A stretch of DNA of 64,000 nucleotides from an uncultured Clostridia bacterium (lineage in GTDB: Bacteria > UBA6262 > WVXT01), in contig CAYOFG010000005.1 of NCBI GenBank assembly GCA_964403285.1, positions 9,995 to 73,994 of the forward strand, in the 5' to 3' direction. Shown here piece by piece: positions 49,458 through 58,954 of the stretch. Below the pieces are notes generated by a model that had not been told where the DNA came from, searched no databases, and saw nothing but the letters and a program-made list of their open reading frames with translations. The first letter of the stretch is position 1, and every line of letters starts with the position of its first letter. The position numbers and the translations under genes are program-made.

Positions 49458-50875
49458 AATTAAGAGCAAAGTTTTCTTTTTTAAACAGTTTCTTAATCAT
49501 TGCTGTCATTTTGGGAGTAAGTATCTTTCTTTTTATTGCTCAGAAGCGGCTTCTGATTCAAGAAATGGAAAAGAACCAAACGAATATTATTAAAGGATTA
49601 GCTCAGGTAGGCAAGGAATCTCTCATAACCAATGATGAAATACTGCTCATAAACTATGTAAACCTTGTAAAGAGAACCAGAGGAGTGATGTACGCAGTGG
49701 TGACCGATCCTCAGGGTAAAGTTCTTGCTCATACTGACGTGAGTCTTTTAGGAGCCATTGCCAATGATACTATTGGAATAAAAGCCGGTTCATCAAATAA
49801 ACTTATTACTCAATCATATGTAGATAAGGAAAAACAAAAAGTAATAGATGTCGCCTTGCCTATCTTGATTAACCAGGAGAAGGTGGGGATTGCTCGCATT
49901 GGGTTTTCTCAGGATAGTATACACGAAATAGTAGAGGAAACCCTAAGAGAAACGCGCAGAAGAATTTTTGGTGTCGCAGTGGTAATGTTAATCATCGGTT
50001 TTGTCGGCGCCGTAATTCTCGCCCAGATGATGACTAAACCAATTAAACAGATGGCAGAAGGAGCAGAATTAATCGGCCAGGGGAAACTTGATACGAAAAT
50101 TGTGGTCAAAAGCAAGGATGAACTGGGAAGTTTAGCCAGGGACCTCAACAAGATGTCCGGCCAATTAAAAGAGATCGACCAGATGAAAAGTGACTTCCTT
50201 GCCAGTGTTACCCATGAGTTAAAGTCGCCATTAACTTCACTAATTATGTACATTGACCTTTTCTTGACAGGGGCAACGGGTAAGTTGAACGAGAAAGCAA
50301 AAAAATTCTTGAGAATTATGGAAAGGAACAGCAATCGCCTTTCCCGATTTATTGATGACCTGTTAGATATGGCAAAGATTGAGCGAGGTAAGATGGAAGT
50401 AAGAAAGGAGTCCCTGGGAATTTTTCCCATAGTTTCGGAAACAGTAGAACTTATGAAACCTCAGGCTGATGAAAAAAATATTGAAATAGCAATTAATATT
50501 CAGGATAACTTGCCTTTAGTTTCTGTCGACGGGGACAGAACTCGACAGATCATCACCAATCTTCTCAGCAATTCCATAAAGTTTACCCCGGAGGAAGGAA
50601 AGATATCGATCAAAATCCAGGACGATAAAGAGTACCTTCAAGTCAGTATTAGCGATACGGGAATAGGTATTCCCCCGGACCAGATAAATAAGATTTTCGA
50701 TAAATTTGAACAAGTTAAAGAAATAAGAGAAAGAGTAAAAGGGCCAAGAGGGACTGGCTTGGGTTTGGCAATCGTGAAATCCCTGGTTGAGGCTCAGGGA
50801 GGAAAAATCTGGGTAGAATCGGAAGTGGACAAAGGTTCAACTTTTTATTTTACCCTGCCCAAACAGACAATATAA
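49454..50875 (+). CDS. membrane sensor histidine kinase (TM-sensor-TM-HAMP-HisKA-HATPase)
   Basis: H-box VTHELKSPLTSL and HATPase (NLLSNSIKFT, DTGIGIP, GTGLGL). Its start overlaps the stop of the upstream gene. Confidence 0.85.
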   Translation: MKLRAKFSFLNSFLIIAVILGVSIFLFIAQKRLLIQEMEKNQTNIIKGLAQVGKESLITNDEILLINYVNLVKRTRGVMYAVVTDPQGKVLAHTDVSLLGAIANDTIGIKAGSSNKLITQSYVDKEKQKVIDVALPILINQEKVGIARIGFSQDSIHEIVEETLRETRRRIFGVAVVMLIIGFVGAVILAQMMTKPIKQMAEGAELIGQGKLDTKIVVKSKDELGSLARDLNKMSGQLKEIDQMKSDFLASVTHELKSPLTSLIMYIDLFLTGATGKLNEKAKKFLRIMERNSNRLSRFIDDLLDMAKIERGKMEVRKESLGIFPIVSETVELMKPQADEKNIEIAINIQDNLPLVSVDGDRTRQIITNLLSNSIKFTPEEGKISIKIQDDKEYLQVSISDTGIGIPPDQINKIFDKFEQVKEIRERVKGPRGTGLGLAIVKSLVEAQGGKIWVESEVDKGSTFYFTLPKQTI

Positions 50876-50899
50876 GGCAAAGGTTTTTCCCTGCAGGTT

Positions 50900-51190
50900 A
50901 AGTTTAAAGTTAAAAGATAGTTCTTCGCTTGAGGAATATGCTCGGGATTTGGTTCGCTCGCTGACAATTTTTTGCTCTTCGAGCACCGCCAAAAATCTCT
51001 GTAGCTGCAGAGCGATAGCTCTGCGCAAATAATAAGCAAAGCTTGCGCTTTGCGGCTACAAATCTTCGATTTTTGGCTAAAAATTCCAAGAGCTCCTTAT
51101 AAATTGCACAAATTGAATTTGTGCCTACAATGAGATGAATTTGAAATTTTGTAGGCACGATTTCAAATCGTGCAAGGTTTTGAATAACGG
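50900..51190. repeat. mosaic of short palindromic repeat units (REP/BIME-like)
   Basis: Shares AAGTTAAAAGATAGTT, GCAGAGCGATAGCTCTGC, GCTTTGCGGCTACAAATCTTCGATTTTTGGCTAAAAATTCCAA with 58081-58335. It also holds a hairpin pair, TTGCACAAATTGAATTTGTGC and CACGATTTCAAATCGTG. Confidence 0.75.
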
Positions 51191-51257
51191 TAGAAGCTCT
51201 TTAGGCGAATAGTATATCTTCGAAAATTAAAGTTTAAGATGTTGGTGTGGGGGTATT

Positions 51258-53192
51258 ATGGCTGGTGAACGAATTTTAGTTGTTGATGACGATCCTAATA
51301 TTAGAGAAGCCTGTGTGGAATATTTGAAGATGAATAGATACAGTGTAGATGAAAGTAAGAATGGAGAAGAGTGTCTGCGACAACTTAAACAGAATTATTA
51401 TCAGATTATCCTTACAGATTTAATGATGCCGGGCATTGATGGAATTGGAGTGTTAAGAGCGGCAAAAAAAGAATATCCCCAATCTGATGTAATTATAATG
51501 ACTGCTTATGGGACTATCGAAAATGCAGTGGAAGCGATGAAAATAGGGGCTTACGATTATATTACAAAACCATTCAAGATTGACGAACTGGGTATATTGA
51601 TTGATAGATGCCTGGAGAAGCAAAGGCTTGCTCGAGAAGTTGATGAATTAAAAGAAGTAGTAAACCTCTATGAAGTAAGTAAAGCAATAAGTTCACTTAT
51701 GGATCTGGACCAATTGCTCTCGCGCATCATAAAATTAGCCACTGATACTTTAGGCGCGGATGGCGGGTCTATAATGTTATTTGATAAAGAAACGGGAAAA
51801 CTCATAGTAAAAGCAGCCTCAGGGAGAAGGGAAGATATGGTTATGGGAAAGAAACTCGATATCGGGGAAAGGGTAGCCGGGTATGCAGCCGAGAAAAGTG
51901 AGATTGTGAAGATCGATGGAAATTTGAAGGATGACCCGCGGTTCTCTAATCTTGAGCAGTTCGACGGGATACATTCAGGAATAACCATTCCCTTGGTTAG
52001 AAAAGATAAATTATTCGGTATAATCAATGTTCATAGAACAGAGAAAAAAGACACATTTACTAAAAAGGACGTGGACCTGTTATCTATCTTTGCGGCCCAG
52101 TCAGCAATTGCTATTGATAACGCGTACCTTTTCAGCACCTTGCAACAGGAAAAAGAAAAGATTGAGGCTGTTTTTCGAGGAATGGAAGATGGAGCGATTA
52201 TTACCGATGCTCAATTGAACATAATTATGCTTAATTCATCAACAGAAAGATTGTTAAATATAAAAAGAGAAGAGTGCCTGGGAAATAACCTTCTGGAATT
52301 CATTCCAGATTTTCAACCTTCTATTACCTGGAAAGAACTGGAAAAGAAAGAGGAAAAGGTGGTCAATTTTGACCTAGTAAGAACAACCAGGAAGACTCTT
52401 TTTCTTTCTGTTGTAGCCACCAAAATCAGGAATGAAGAGGGGAAATTATTGGGCCAGATTATGGTGCTTCGTGATGTTACTGATGAGAAAAAAGAGGAAA
52501 TGGTAAAGAGAAATTTCCTTAACCTTATTTCCCACAAACTGAGAAATCCCCTGACAACGATTCTGGGATACCTTCCTTTCCTTCAGGAAAAAATGAAAGT
52601 ATTGGGCAAGTCGGAAAAAGAGATTCTGGAAGTGATAGAAAAGGAAACACTGATTCTTTCCAGTCACGTAGATAAACTACTTATGTTTACCCTGCTGGAG
52701 CGGGAATATTTAGAAATTAAGAAAGAAAAAGTAAATATAAAATCCCTTGTAGAGACTGCATTGGAAATGATAGCAAGTCTCATTAAGGTTAATCTGGCAG
52801 AAGTAGAGATTGATAGCAGGTTGGGCGATGTAGGCCAGGTTTATGTAGATAAATTAAAAATCCAGGATGTCATTGAAAACTTAGTGGAAAATGCAATAAA
52901 GTTTAATGATAAGAAGAGAAAAAAGGTGAGAATTAGCGGGTGTGCTGTGGATGATAAGTTTATTCAAATGGAAATATCCGATAATGGGCCGGGTGTTCCT
53001 TCCGAAGAACATGAAAAAATATTTCAAAAGTTCTATCAGGTGGAGGAATATTTTACGGGCAAGGTAGAAGGAACAGGACTAGGATTGGCACTGGCAAAAA
53101 GACTCGTAGAAACTCATGGGGGGAGAATCTGGGTGGAAAGCAAATTGGGAGAGGGAAGTACCTTCTATTTTACTTTACCAAGAACAGAATGA
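51258..53192 (+). CDS. hybrid REC-GAF-PAS-HisKA-HATPase histidine kinase
   Basis: Receiver (ILVVDDDPN...[12 protein letters not shown]...YITKPF) closely similar to that of 3741-5429. Then GAF, PAS, H-box [10 protein letters not shown], and HATPase. Confidence 0.85.
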   Translation: MAGERILVVDDDPNIREACVEYLKMNRYSVDESKNGEECLRQLKQNYYQIILTDLMMPGIDGIGVLRAAKKEYPQSDVIIMTAYGTIENAVEAMKIGAYDYITKPFKIDELGILIDRCLEKQRLAREVDELKEVVNLYEVSKAISSLMDLDQLLSRIIKLATDTLGADGGSIMLFDKETGKLIVKAASGRREDMVMGKKLDIGERVAGYAAEKSEIVKIDGNLKDDPRFSNLEQFDGIHSGITIPLVRKDKLFGIINVHRTEKKDTFTKKDVDLLSIFAAQSAIAIDNAYLFSTLQQEKEKIEAVFRGMEDGAIITDAQLNIIMLNSSTERLLNIKREECLGNNLLEFIPDFQPSITWKELEKKEEKVVNFDLVRTTRKTLFLSVVATKIRNEEGKLLGQIMVLRDVTDEKKEEMVKRNFLNLISHKLRNPLTTILGYLPFLQEKMKVLGKSEKEILEVIEKETLILSSHVDKLLMFTLLEREYLEIKKEKVNIKSLVETALEMIASLIKVNLAEVEIDSRLGDVGQVYVDKLKIQDVIENLVENAIKFNDKKRKKVRISGCAVDDKFIQMEISDNGPGVPSEEHEKIFQKFYQVEEYFTGKVEGTGLGLALAKRLVETHGGRIWVESKLGEGSTFYFTLPRTE

Positions 53193-53229
53193 GGAGTAGC
53201 AGACTTTAGTCTGCGTTATACAGAATGTT

Positions 53230-54240
53230 CTAAAAATGGATGATTAATGAAATCTTGTTATCCCGGGTATAACCTATCATTTCACTTGCCGGCACATTAG
53301 CCCAATCGAATTGATAGTTCTTAAGTTTAATCCCCATCCCGTAAGTTGCTCCCCTAACATTGCCATCTTTTTCATAATAACCAAATCGTAGGAAAATTGC
53401 ATCTTTGAATTTGTGTTCTCCTCCCATATGTATGCGCCATCGGTCGTTGAGAACTTTGTTAATATCACTGGCAATGATCCAGGGACCCTTATTGTAAGAA
53501 AGACCTAATCTTATTGTTCTCGGTAAATCATCCTTTTTGATTTCTCCTTCCATCTGAAGTCTGTTTCCTGCATTTAAGAGAGAAGACCCCAGATTCAATC
53601 CCTTGGCAAAAGGAAATTCATAAATGAGACCAAAATCTCCAGAATATGCTGTTCCTTTGGTAGTTCCAAAGATAGGGTCACTTTCTATCCGTTGGATTAC
53701 CTTAAACCCAAGACCAAAAGAAAGGCCTCCTGTAACTTCTTTACCATACGATAATGCTAATGCCCAATCTGTCCACCTTAGGTTCCCCAAAGTTTTACCC
53801 CCTGTATCTGTTACCGGGAGAGGGTCAATAAACAAAAATACCCCACTTATTTCATAAGTTCCCCAACCCTTTACGGGAACAGCTAAACCAAAAAAGTTAA
53901 GGAAAGCGTCCCTTACCGCCTCGCTATACATTGCTGCGCATTGTATCCTCTTTATTTTTGCTAACCCTGCAGGATTCCAATAAGCAGAAGTTACGTCAGA
54001 ATGGAGGGAAACAGAGGCCTCTCCCATTGCAGAGGGTCTGGCTCCTATGCCAAATATAAGAAAATCTACATAGGTGGGACGTATATCGCCGGCATATGCA
54101 TTTTTTACTAATGCACAAAATGCAAAAATCAAAAATAAAATTTTAAAAGTTGATTTAATCATTTTCCTAATCTGGTAGTCGCAAGCTTTAGCTTGCGTTA
54201 AACTTCGCAGTCTGCGGGATATTTTGTTCACAGGGCTCAT
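53230..54240 (-). CDS. outer-membrane beta-barrel protein, PorV/FadL-like family
   Basis: Signal peptide, GIGARPSAMGEASVSLHSDVTSAYWNPAG (same family motif as 47547), and a C-terminal ...ISLIIHF. Confidence 0.45.
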   Translation of the reverse strand: MSPVNKISRRLRSLTQAKACDYQIRKMIKSTFKILFLIFAFCALVKNAYAGDIRPTYVDFLIFGIGARPSAMGEASVSLHSDVTSAYWNPAGLAKIKRIQCAAMYSEAVRDAFLNFFGLAVPVKGWGTYEISGVFLFIDPLPVTDTGGKTLGNLRWTDWALALSYGKEVTGGLSFGLGFKVIQRIESDPIFGTTKGTAYSGDFGLIYEFPFAKGLNLGSSLLNAGNRLQMEGEIKKDDLPRTIRLGLSYNKGPWIIASDINKVLNDRWRIHMGGEHKFKDAIFLRFGYYEKDGNVRGATYGMGIKLKNYQFDWANVPASEMIGYTRDNKISLIIHF

Positions 54241-54306
54241 AAATAATAATACCTCTCGGTATAATTATTATATATCAGACTTTTGCGTGCCGAGAGGTAA
54301 TATATA

Positions 54307-55779
54307 TCATTTCAGGATAGCCATTCTTTTGGTATCTATAAAATCACCTGCTTTTAACTGATAATAATAGATACCGCGCGAAAGTCTATCGCCAGCATCG
54401 AAATGTTTTGAATAACTTCCTGCCTGCTGATACTCATCCACGATAGTGGCTACTAACTGTCCACAAATGTTATACAGTTTTAAGGTAACGTGGCAATCCT
54501 GAGAAATAGCGTAGTTTATTGTCGTTGATGGATTGAATGGATTGGGATAATTCTGTCCCAAAGAATTTTTTGCTGACTCGGCTAGTTCTCTTTTATCGCC
54601 TGGATCAGACTGTCCAGGTGAAGATGATGAAACGCACATAATCTGATACAGGCAATACCCTGTCCTTTTCGTGGTGACACTTTGTTCTGCCGGGTCTAAT
54701 GTGGAATCGGGCATAACTTCCCATTGAGATGTTGCTTCATTCCATCCACAGATTACGATATTTTCTGTATCCATCCCCTGGATATCTTCGTCCCTGAAGA
54801 AAAGTCGCACCAGCTTTCTCCCTTTAGGGAAGATAAATCTGGGAGCAATAGGCTTAAGGTTTTGTTCCTCTATAGCATTTTCCTCAAGGGTGGTTGAACC
54901 TTCATAGGTGACGATGAGTGCGGGGTACCCATTGACAATTTGCGTATCATAATCCAGGGAAATCGTAACATAGTAAATTCCCTTGTCCCAATTTCCCCTT
55001 ACAGTTTCAGTAAGATCCCATTCATAGCCACCGCCTTCAATAATGGGTAAGAAGTAGTGTTTGGCAAATTTATGCTCAAGCAATCTCGACCACTTGCGGT
55101 TTAAGAATTTTCTCAGCCAAAATTTAATTCTCCAATCATTCTTTCGGTAATTCATCCACAACAGGGCTTTTACGATTGTGGAATCTGAAGATAAGTGCTT
55201 GCCTAAACGGAAAATAAACGTCTTTTCTCTGGCATTTACAGGGAAACATTTTCCCGGCCCAATAACTCTTAAGGTGTCAACTCCGGTAAACTTTTCTCCA
55301 CTTGCGAGCAATCCTTCAATGGTTATTTCAACTTCGTCTCCGGGACTAAGAACATTTATTAAATCTCCTCTTGCAAACTTCGCTAATAGACAATTATCGC
55401 TTTCTGTCCCTGACTTCGTCGTTTTATCTGCGGGTATTGGTTCTATGGGATATCCATCGATTGCCGAGATTTGTACGGTATTTCCATCAATCTGATTGAC
55501 ATTGAACTCATCCGGCAATCTAATAGATGCGGTAATATATTTACCCATGCTCTTAAGGTTTATGGTGTTTGGGGTTATATTCACGGTTACTGCTATGGGT
55601 TCGGGAGGTGGAGGTTCAGGTGGAGGTGGAGGCACGTCATCATCAAGATCATCGTCTATAGGTTCATCGACAGGCTCTCCCATCACGACAACTGTGTCGG
55701 CTTGGGCAAAAGTAGGGAAAATAGATAAACCCGTTATCAGCAAACAGCCAATCAGAAATAGCATAAGGGTTTTTTTCAT
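54307..55779 (-). CDS. secreted protein with Pro-rich linker and T9SS C-terminal sorting domain
   Basis: Signal peptide. A DDDLDDDVPPPPPEPPPPEP linker. C-terminus ...GQNYPNPFNPSTTINYAI...LKLYNICGQLVATIVDE...GIYYYQLKAGDFIDTKRMAILK, the hallmark Por_Secre_tail. Confidence 0.6.
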   Translation of the reverse strand: MKKTLMLFLIGCLLITGLSIFPTFAQADTVVVMGEPVDEPIDDDLDDDVPPPPPEPPPPEPIAVTVNITPNTINLKSMGKYITASIRLPDEFNVNQIDGNTVQISAIDGYPIEPIPADKTTKSGTESDNCLLAKFARGDLINVLSPGDEVEITIEGLLASGEKFTGVDTLRVIGPGKCFPVNAREKTFIFRLGKHLSSDSTIVKALLWMNYRKNDWRIKFWLRKFLNRKWSRLLEHKFAKHYFLPIIEGGGYEWDLTETVRGNWDKGIYYVTISLDYDTQIVNGYPALIVTYEGSTTLEENAIEEQNLKPIAPRFIFPKGRKLVRLFFRDEDIQGMDTENIVICGWNEATSQWEVMPDSTLDPAEQSVTTKRTGYCLYQIMCVSSSSPGQSDPGDKRELAESAKNSLGQNYPNPFNPSTTINYAISQDCHVTLKLYNICGQLVATIVDEYQQAGSYSKHFDAGDRLSRGIYYYQLKAGDFIDTKRMAILK

Positions 55780-55791
55780 TATTACCCCTGG

Positions 55792-55952
55792 AATAAAAAA
55801 ACCGGCTTGCCTACTCTTTTAGAGTTTTTTCGGCAACCCGGCTCGCATGGAACGGTATCTTCGGCAACCAGCTAGCATAGACCTACCGGTCTTTAGCCCC
55901 GTGGCTTTGCGTCCTCCGATTTCTCGGAGTTTGCCTTTATCGAATACCCCTG
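55792..55952 (-). promoter_or_regulatory. c-di-GMP-I (GEMM) riboswitch with intrinsic terminator expression platform
   Basis: Minus-strand RNA: GGGUAUUCGAUAAAGGCAAAC, then UCCGA-GAAA-UCGGA (GNRA hairpin), then GGACGCAAAGCCACGGGG. The P2 hairpin carries a tetraloop-receptor-like CUAAAG...UAUG. After that comes CCGGGUUGCC...GGCAAGCCGG plus seven U residues, then the RBS and AUG of 54307-55779. Confidence 0.7.
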
Positions 55953-56036
55953 TTTTCATTACAAGTATATCACACAAATTGGGAATTGTCAACGTGAAAA
56001 AATACGGAGAAATAAGTAATAACCCCTTAAAAATAC

Positions 56037-56065
56037 TTGACAGAAAAAAAGATATTTTATAAAAT
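56037..56065 (+). promoter_or_regulatory. putative promoter for plsY (TTGACA-17-TAAAAT)
   Basis: -35 TTGACA at 56037-56042 and -10 TAAAAT at 56060-56065, followed by the AGGAG RBS. Confidence 0.45.
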
Positions 56066-56074
56066 CAAGGAGCT

Positions 56075-56710
56075 ATGGAAACAGGAACATTAAGACAAAT
56101 CGGTTTAATAGTTGGCGCATACCTTTTAGGATCGGTCTCTTCGGCATACTATGTTACAAAATGGAAGAAGAGAGCCGATATACGAGAATTGGGTTCGGGT
56201 AATGCTGGAGCCAGGAATGTGATGTTAACGGTGGGAGCCTCCTTGGGGATTGCAGTAGCTATTTTCGATATTCTTAAGGGCGCGGTGCCTATACTTTTTG
56301 CCAAGGCTCTTAAAATGCCCCCTCATACCGTTACTCTCACGGCTCTTGCCGCAATTTCTGGACACAATTGGCCAATTTTTCTCCAGTTTCGTGGAGGTTC
56401 TGGACTGGCCACTCTGGGGGGAGTGATTCTTCCCCTGATGCCTCGCGAGGCTTTTCTTCTCTCTCTGGTGGGGATGGGAGTAGGTTGGACCTGGGTACGT
56501 TTTCCTGCCTGGTGTCAGAAAGCGCCACCTATAGAGAGTAGCTGTCTGTTTATATATATTATCTGTCCTTTTCTGGCATGGCATTTTGGTGAGCCTATCT
56601 ATTTAATCACCTTTCCTCTCTATGTGGGAATCCCCATCATTATTCGGCGTATCTCTCTCCTTAAAAATGGGCTGTACGAACGGGTAGATGAGTTCCGGAA
56701 ACCCTGTTAG
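56075..56710 (+). CDS. plsY: glycerol-3-phosphate acyltransferase PlsY
   Basis: GSGNAGARNV motif and multi-TM layout typical of PlsY. The C-terminal 60 aa are atypical. Confidence 0.7.
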   Translation: METGTLRQIGLIVGAYLLGSVSSAYYVTKWKKRADIRELGSGNAGARNVMLTVGASLGIAVAIFDILKGAVPILFAKALKMPPHTVTLTALAAISGHNWPIFLQFRGGSGLATLGGVILPLMPREAFLLSLVGMGVGWTWVRFPAWCQKAPPIESSCLFIYIICPFLAWHFGEPIYLITFPLYVGIPIIIRRISLLKNGLYERVDEFRKPC

Positions 56711-56822
56711 TTAAAAATCACACCAAGAAATACTCTTCCCCTATTGCATTAGTTCACAAATTATGTTAAAATAAACCTCTCTATTCTCTAACTGAAAGTA
56801 TTTCTTTTAAGGAGAAAGGGTT

Positions 56823-58079
56823 ATGGATAGTATAAAAGAAATGGAAAAGATGGCAAGAAGGGCAAAGCTGGCGGCGAGTGGAATGGCTAATCTGAGTCCT
56901 TCATTGAAGAAAAAAGCACTCGTGGCGATGGCTAAGGCGATTGAGGAAAAAGCTCTAAATATCAAATCCAAAAATAGAATCGACCTAAAAAAGGCCAAAG
57001 AAGAGGGTCTTACTCCCGCATTAATTGACAGGCTAACTCTGAATGACAAAAGAATCAAGAACATGGCTAAAAGTTTAAAGGAAATAGCCAAACTGCCCGA
57101 TCCGATTGGCGAAGTTATTGAAGAGAAGCTAAGACCCAATGGCTTAAGAATCAAAAAAGTCAGGGTTCCTCTGGGTGTTATAGCCATAATCTATGAATCC
57201 CGTCCCAATGTCACCTGTGATGCAGCGGGGTTATGTCTTAAGGCAGGTAATGCAGTTATCTTGCGTGGCGGTTCAGAAGCAATAAATTCTAATATGATTA
57301 TTGCCAGGGTCTTGCAACAGGCTGCTTATTCATCAGGGATTCCTCAGGGTGCAATCCAGTTGGTAGAGACCACGGATAGGGAAGCAGTATTCCAACTCAT
57401 AAAGATGGATGAGTTTATCGATGTAGTAATTCCTCGAGGCAGTGAAGAGATGATAAAGAAAATAAAAGCCAGCGCTACTGTTCCCGTGATTGGTCATGGT
57501 AAGGGACTATGCCACGTTTATGTAGATAAGAATGCTGACCTGAAAATGGCAGAGAGGATATGTTTCAATGCTAAAGTGCAGAGACCAGGCGTGTGCAACG
57601 CTATGGAAACTCTTTTAGTCCATAAGGATATTGCAGGTAAATTCTTACCCGGTATGATTAGGAAATTTGAGGAAGCGAAGGTGGAAATTCGCGGGGATGA
57701 AAAGACCAAAAGACTGTTTACGCATATTAAAAGTGCCAGTGAAGAGGATTGGAGTACTGAATATCTGGATCTGATTCTCTCAGTCAAAGTCGTTGACTCG
57801 CTCTCAGAAGCCATAGACCATATCAGTAAGTATGGATCGGGGCATTCCGAGGCAATTGTAACCAGGGACAAGGATGCAGCCCAAAGATTTCTAAAGGAAA
57901 TAGATGCCGCTTCCGTTTTCTGGAATGCCTCTACCAGGTTTACGGATGGGGGAGAGTTTGGGATGGGGGCGGAGATTGGCATCTCTAACCAGAAACTGCA
58001 CGCCCGGGGCCCAATGGGCGTAAGGGAGTTGACCAGTACGAAGTTTGTAATATTTGGAAATGGACAGATAAGAGAGTGA
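56823..58079 (+). CDS. proA: gamma-glutamyl phosphate reductase
   Basis: 418-aa aldehyde dehydrogenase-fold protein, with ProA blocks VIAIIYESRPNVT and LLVH. Confidence 0.9.
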   Translation: MDSIKEMEKMARRAKLAASGMANLSPSLKKKALVAMAKAIEEKALNIKSKNRIDLKKAKEEGLTPALIDRLTLNDKRIKNMAKSLKEIAKLPDPIGEVIEEKLRPNGLRIKKVRVPLGVIAIIYESRPNVTCDAAGLCLKAGNAVILRGGSEAINSNMIIARVLQQAAYSSGIPQGAIQLVETTDREAVFQLIKMDEFIDVVIPRGSEEMIKKIKASATVPVIGHGKGLCHVYVDKNADLKMAERICFNAKVQRPGVCNAMETLLVHKDIAGKFLPGMIRKFEEAKVEIRGDEKTKRLFTHIKSASEEDWSTEYLDLILSVKVVDSLSEAIDHISKYGSGHSEAIVTRDKDAAQRFLKEIDAASVFWNASTRFTDGGEFGMGAEIGISNQKLHARGPMGVRELTSTKFVIFGNGQIRE

Positions 58080-58080
58080 A

Positions 58081-58335
58081 TTAAAGTTAAAAGATAGTTT
58101 ATTCCTCGCTGAGAGAAACGGGCTCAATAAATTGAGCCCCTACAAATCTTCGATTTTTGGCTAAAAATTCCAAAAGCTCTTCACAAACCATATTTTGAAT
58201 GTTGTAGCGGCAGAGCGATAGCTCTGCATTGTAATCGTGTCACTGCGAGCGACTGAAAGGAGCGTGGCAGTCTGGAGATTGCTTCGGTCGCCTGCTCCCT
58301 CGCAATGACAGCGCTTTGCGGCTACAGGATAGATA
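58081..58335. repeat. mosaic of REP-like units (same families as 1283-1390, 50900-51190, and the CATTGCGAG family)
   Basis: Contains GGGCTCAATAAATTGAGCCCCTACAA, CTACAAATCTTCGATTTTTGGCTAAAAATTCCAAAAGCTC, GCAGAGCGATAGCTCTGC, and GTCACTGCGAGCGA...CTCGCAATGACAGCGCTTTGCGGCTACAGG. Confidence 0.75.
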
Positions 58336-58364
58336 GTGTAGGTTGGAAAAATGGAGGGGGTAGG

Positions 58365-58952
58365 ATGCGAATTGGGATTCTCGGAGGGGTGTTTAATCCC
58401 ATCCACTATGGGCACTTAGTCATCGCCGGTGAGGCTAAGGATAAGCTTAATTTGGATAAGGTTATTTTTGTTCCCACAGGAAAGGCACCACATAAGAAGG
58501 TAAAAGGGGCTACTCCTGAGGAGCGGTATCAGATGGTCTCTCTGGCGATAAAGGGGAATTCTTCGTTCGAGGTTTCTCCTATAGAGATAGAAAAGAGCAA
58601 GCTTGCGAGTCGTCCCACTTTTACTCTGGAAACGATAAGAGAATTTATAAAGATTTACAATAAAGCAAAAATATATTTCATCGTCGGGTTAGACGAAATG
58701 CTAAAAATCTCTACCTGGAAAGAACCGAAGAAGTTGCTGGAACTTTGCAAATTTGTAGTCGTTACCAGGCCGGGTTATGAATCAAGTAAGTTGGATGAAA
58801 GAATAGCTTCTAAAGTTATGATGCTACAAGTTCCCGGCTTAGAGATTTCTGCTTCCGACATTCGCAAGAGAATAAAAACTGGCAGGCCAATCAGATATTT
58901 ACTGCCCCCCTCAGTAGAAGAGTATATTCGTAAGAAGAGACTATACTCTTAA
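58365..58952 (+). CDS. nadD: nicotinate-nucleotide adenylyltransferase
   Basis: MRIGILGGVFNPIHYGHL (the HxGH motif) preceded by RBS GGAGGGGG. The listed ORF extends upstream into the repeat mosaic and is probably spurious there. Confidence 0.8.
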   Translation: MRIGILGGVFNPIHYGHLVIAGEAKDKLNLDKVIFVPTGKAPHKKVKGATPEERYQMVSLAIKGNSSFEVSPIEIEKSKLASRPTFTLETIREFIKIYNKAKIYFIVGLDEMLKISTWKEPKKLLELCKFVVVTRPGYESSKLDERIASKVMMLQVPGLEISASDIRKRIKTGRPIRYLLPPSVEEYIRKKRLYS

Positions 58953-58954
58953 AA

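Noticed and set aside
58305-58364. 5' extension of the nadD ORF, and similarly 62293-62661 and 62555-62650
   Set aside because: These stretches are translations of palindromic repeat mosaics (...VTLKGDEERHSEECPTP... also appears antisense at 39.7 kb). Genuine starts with good RBSs lie downstream.
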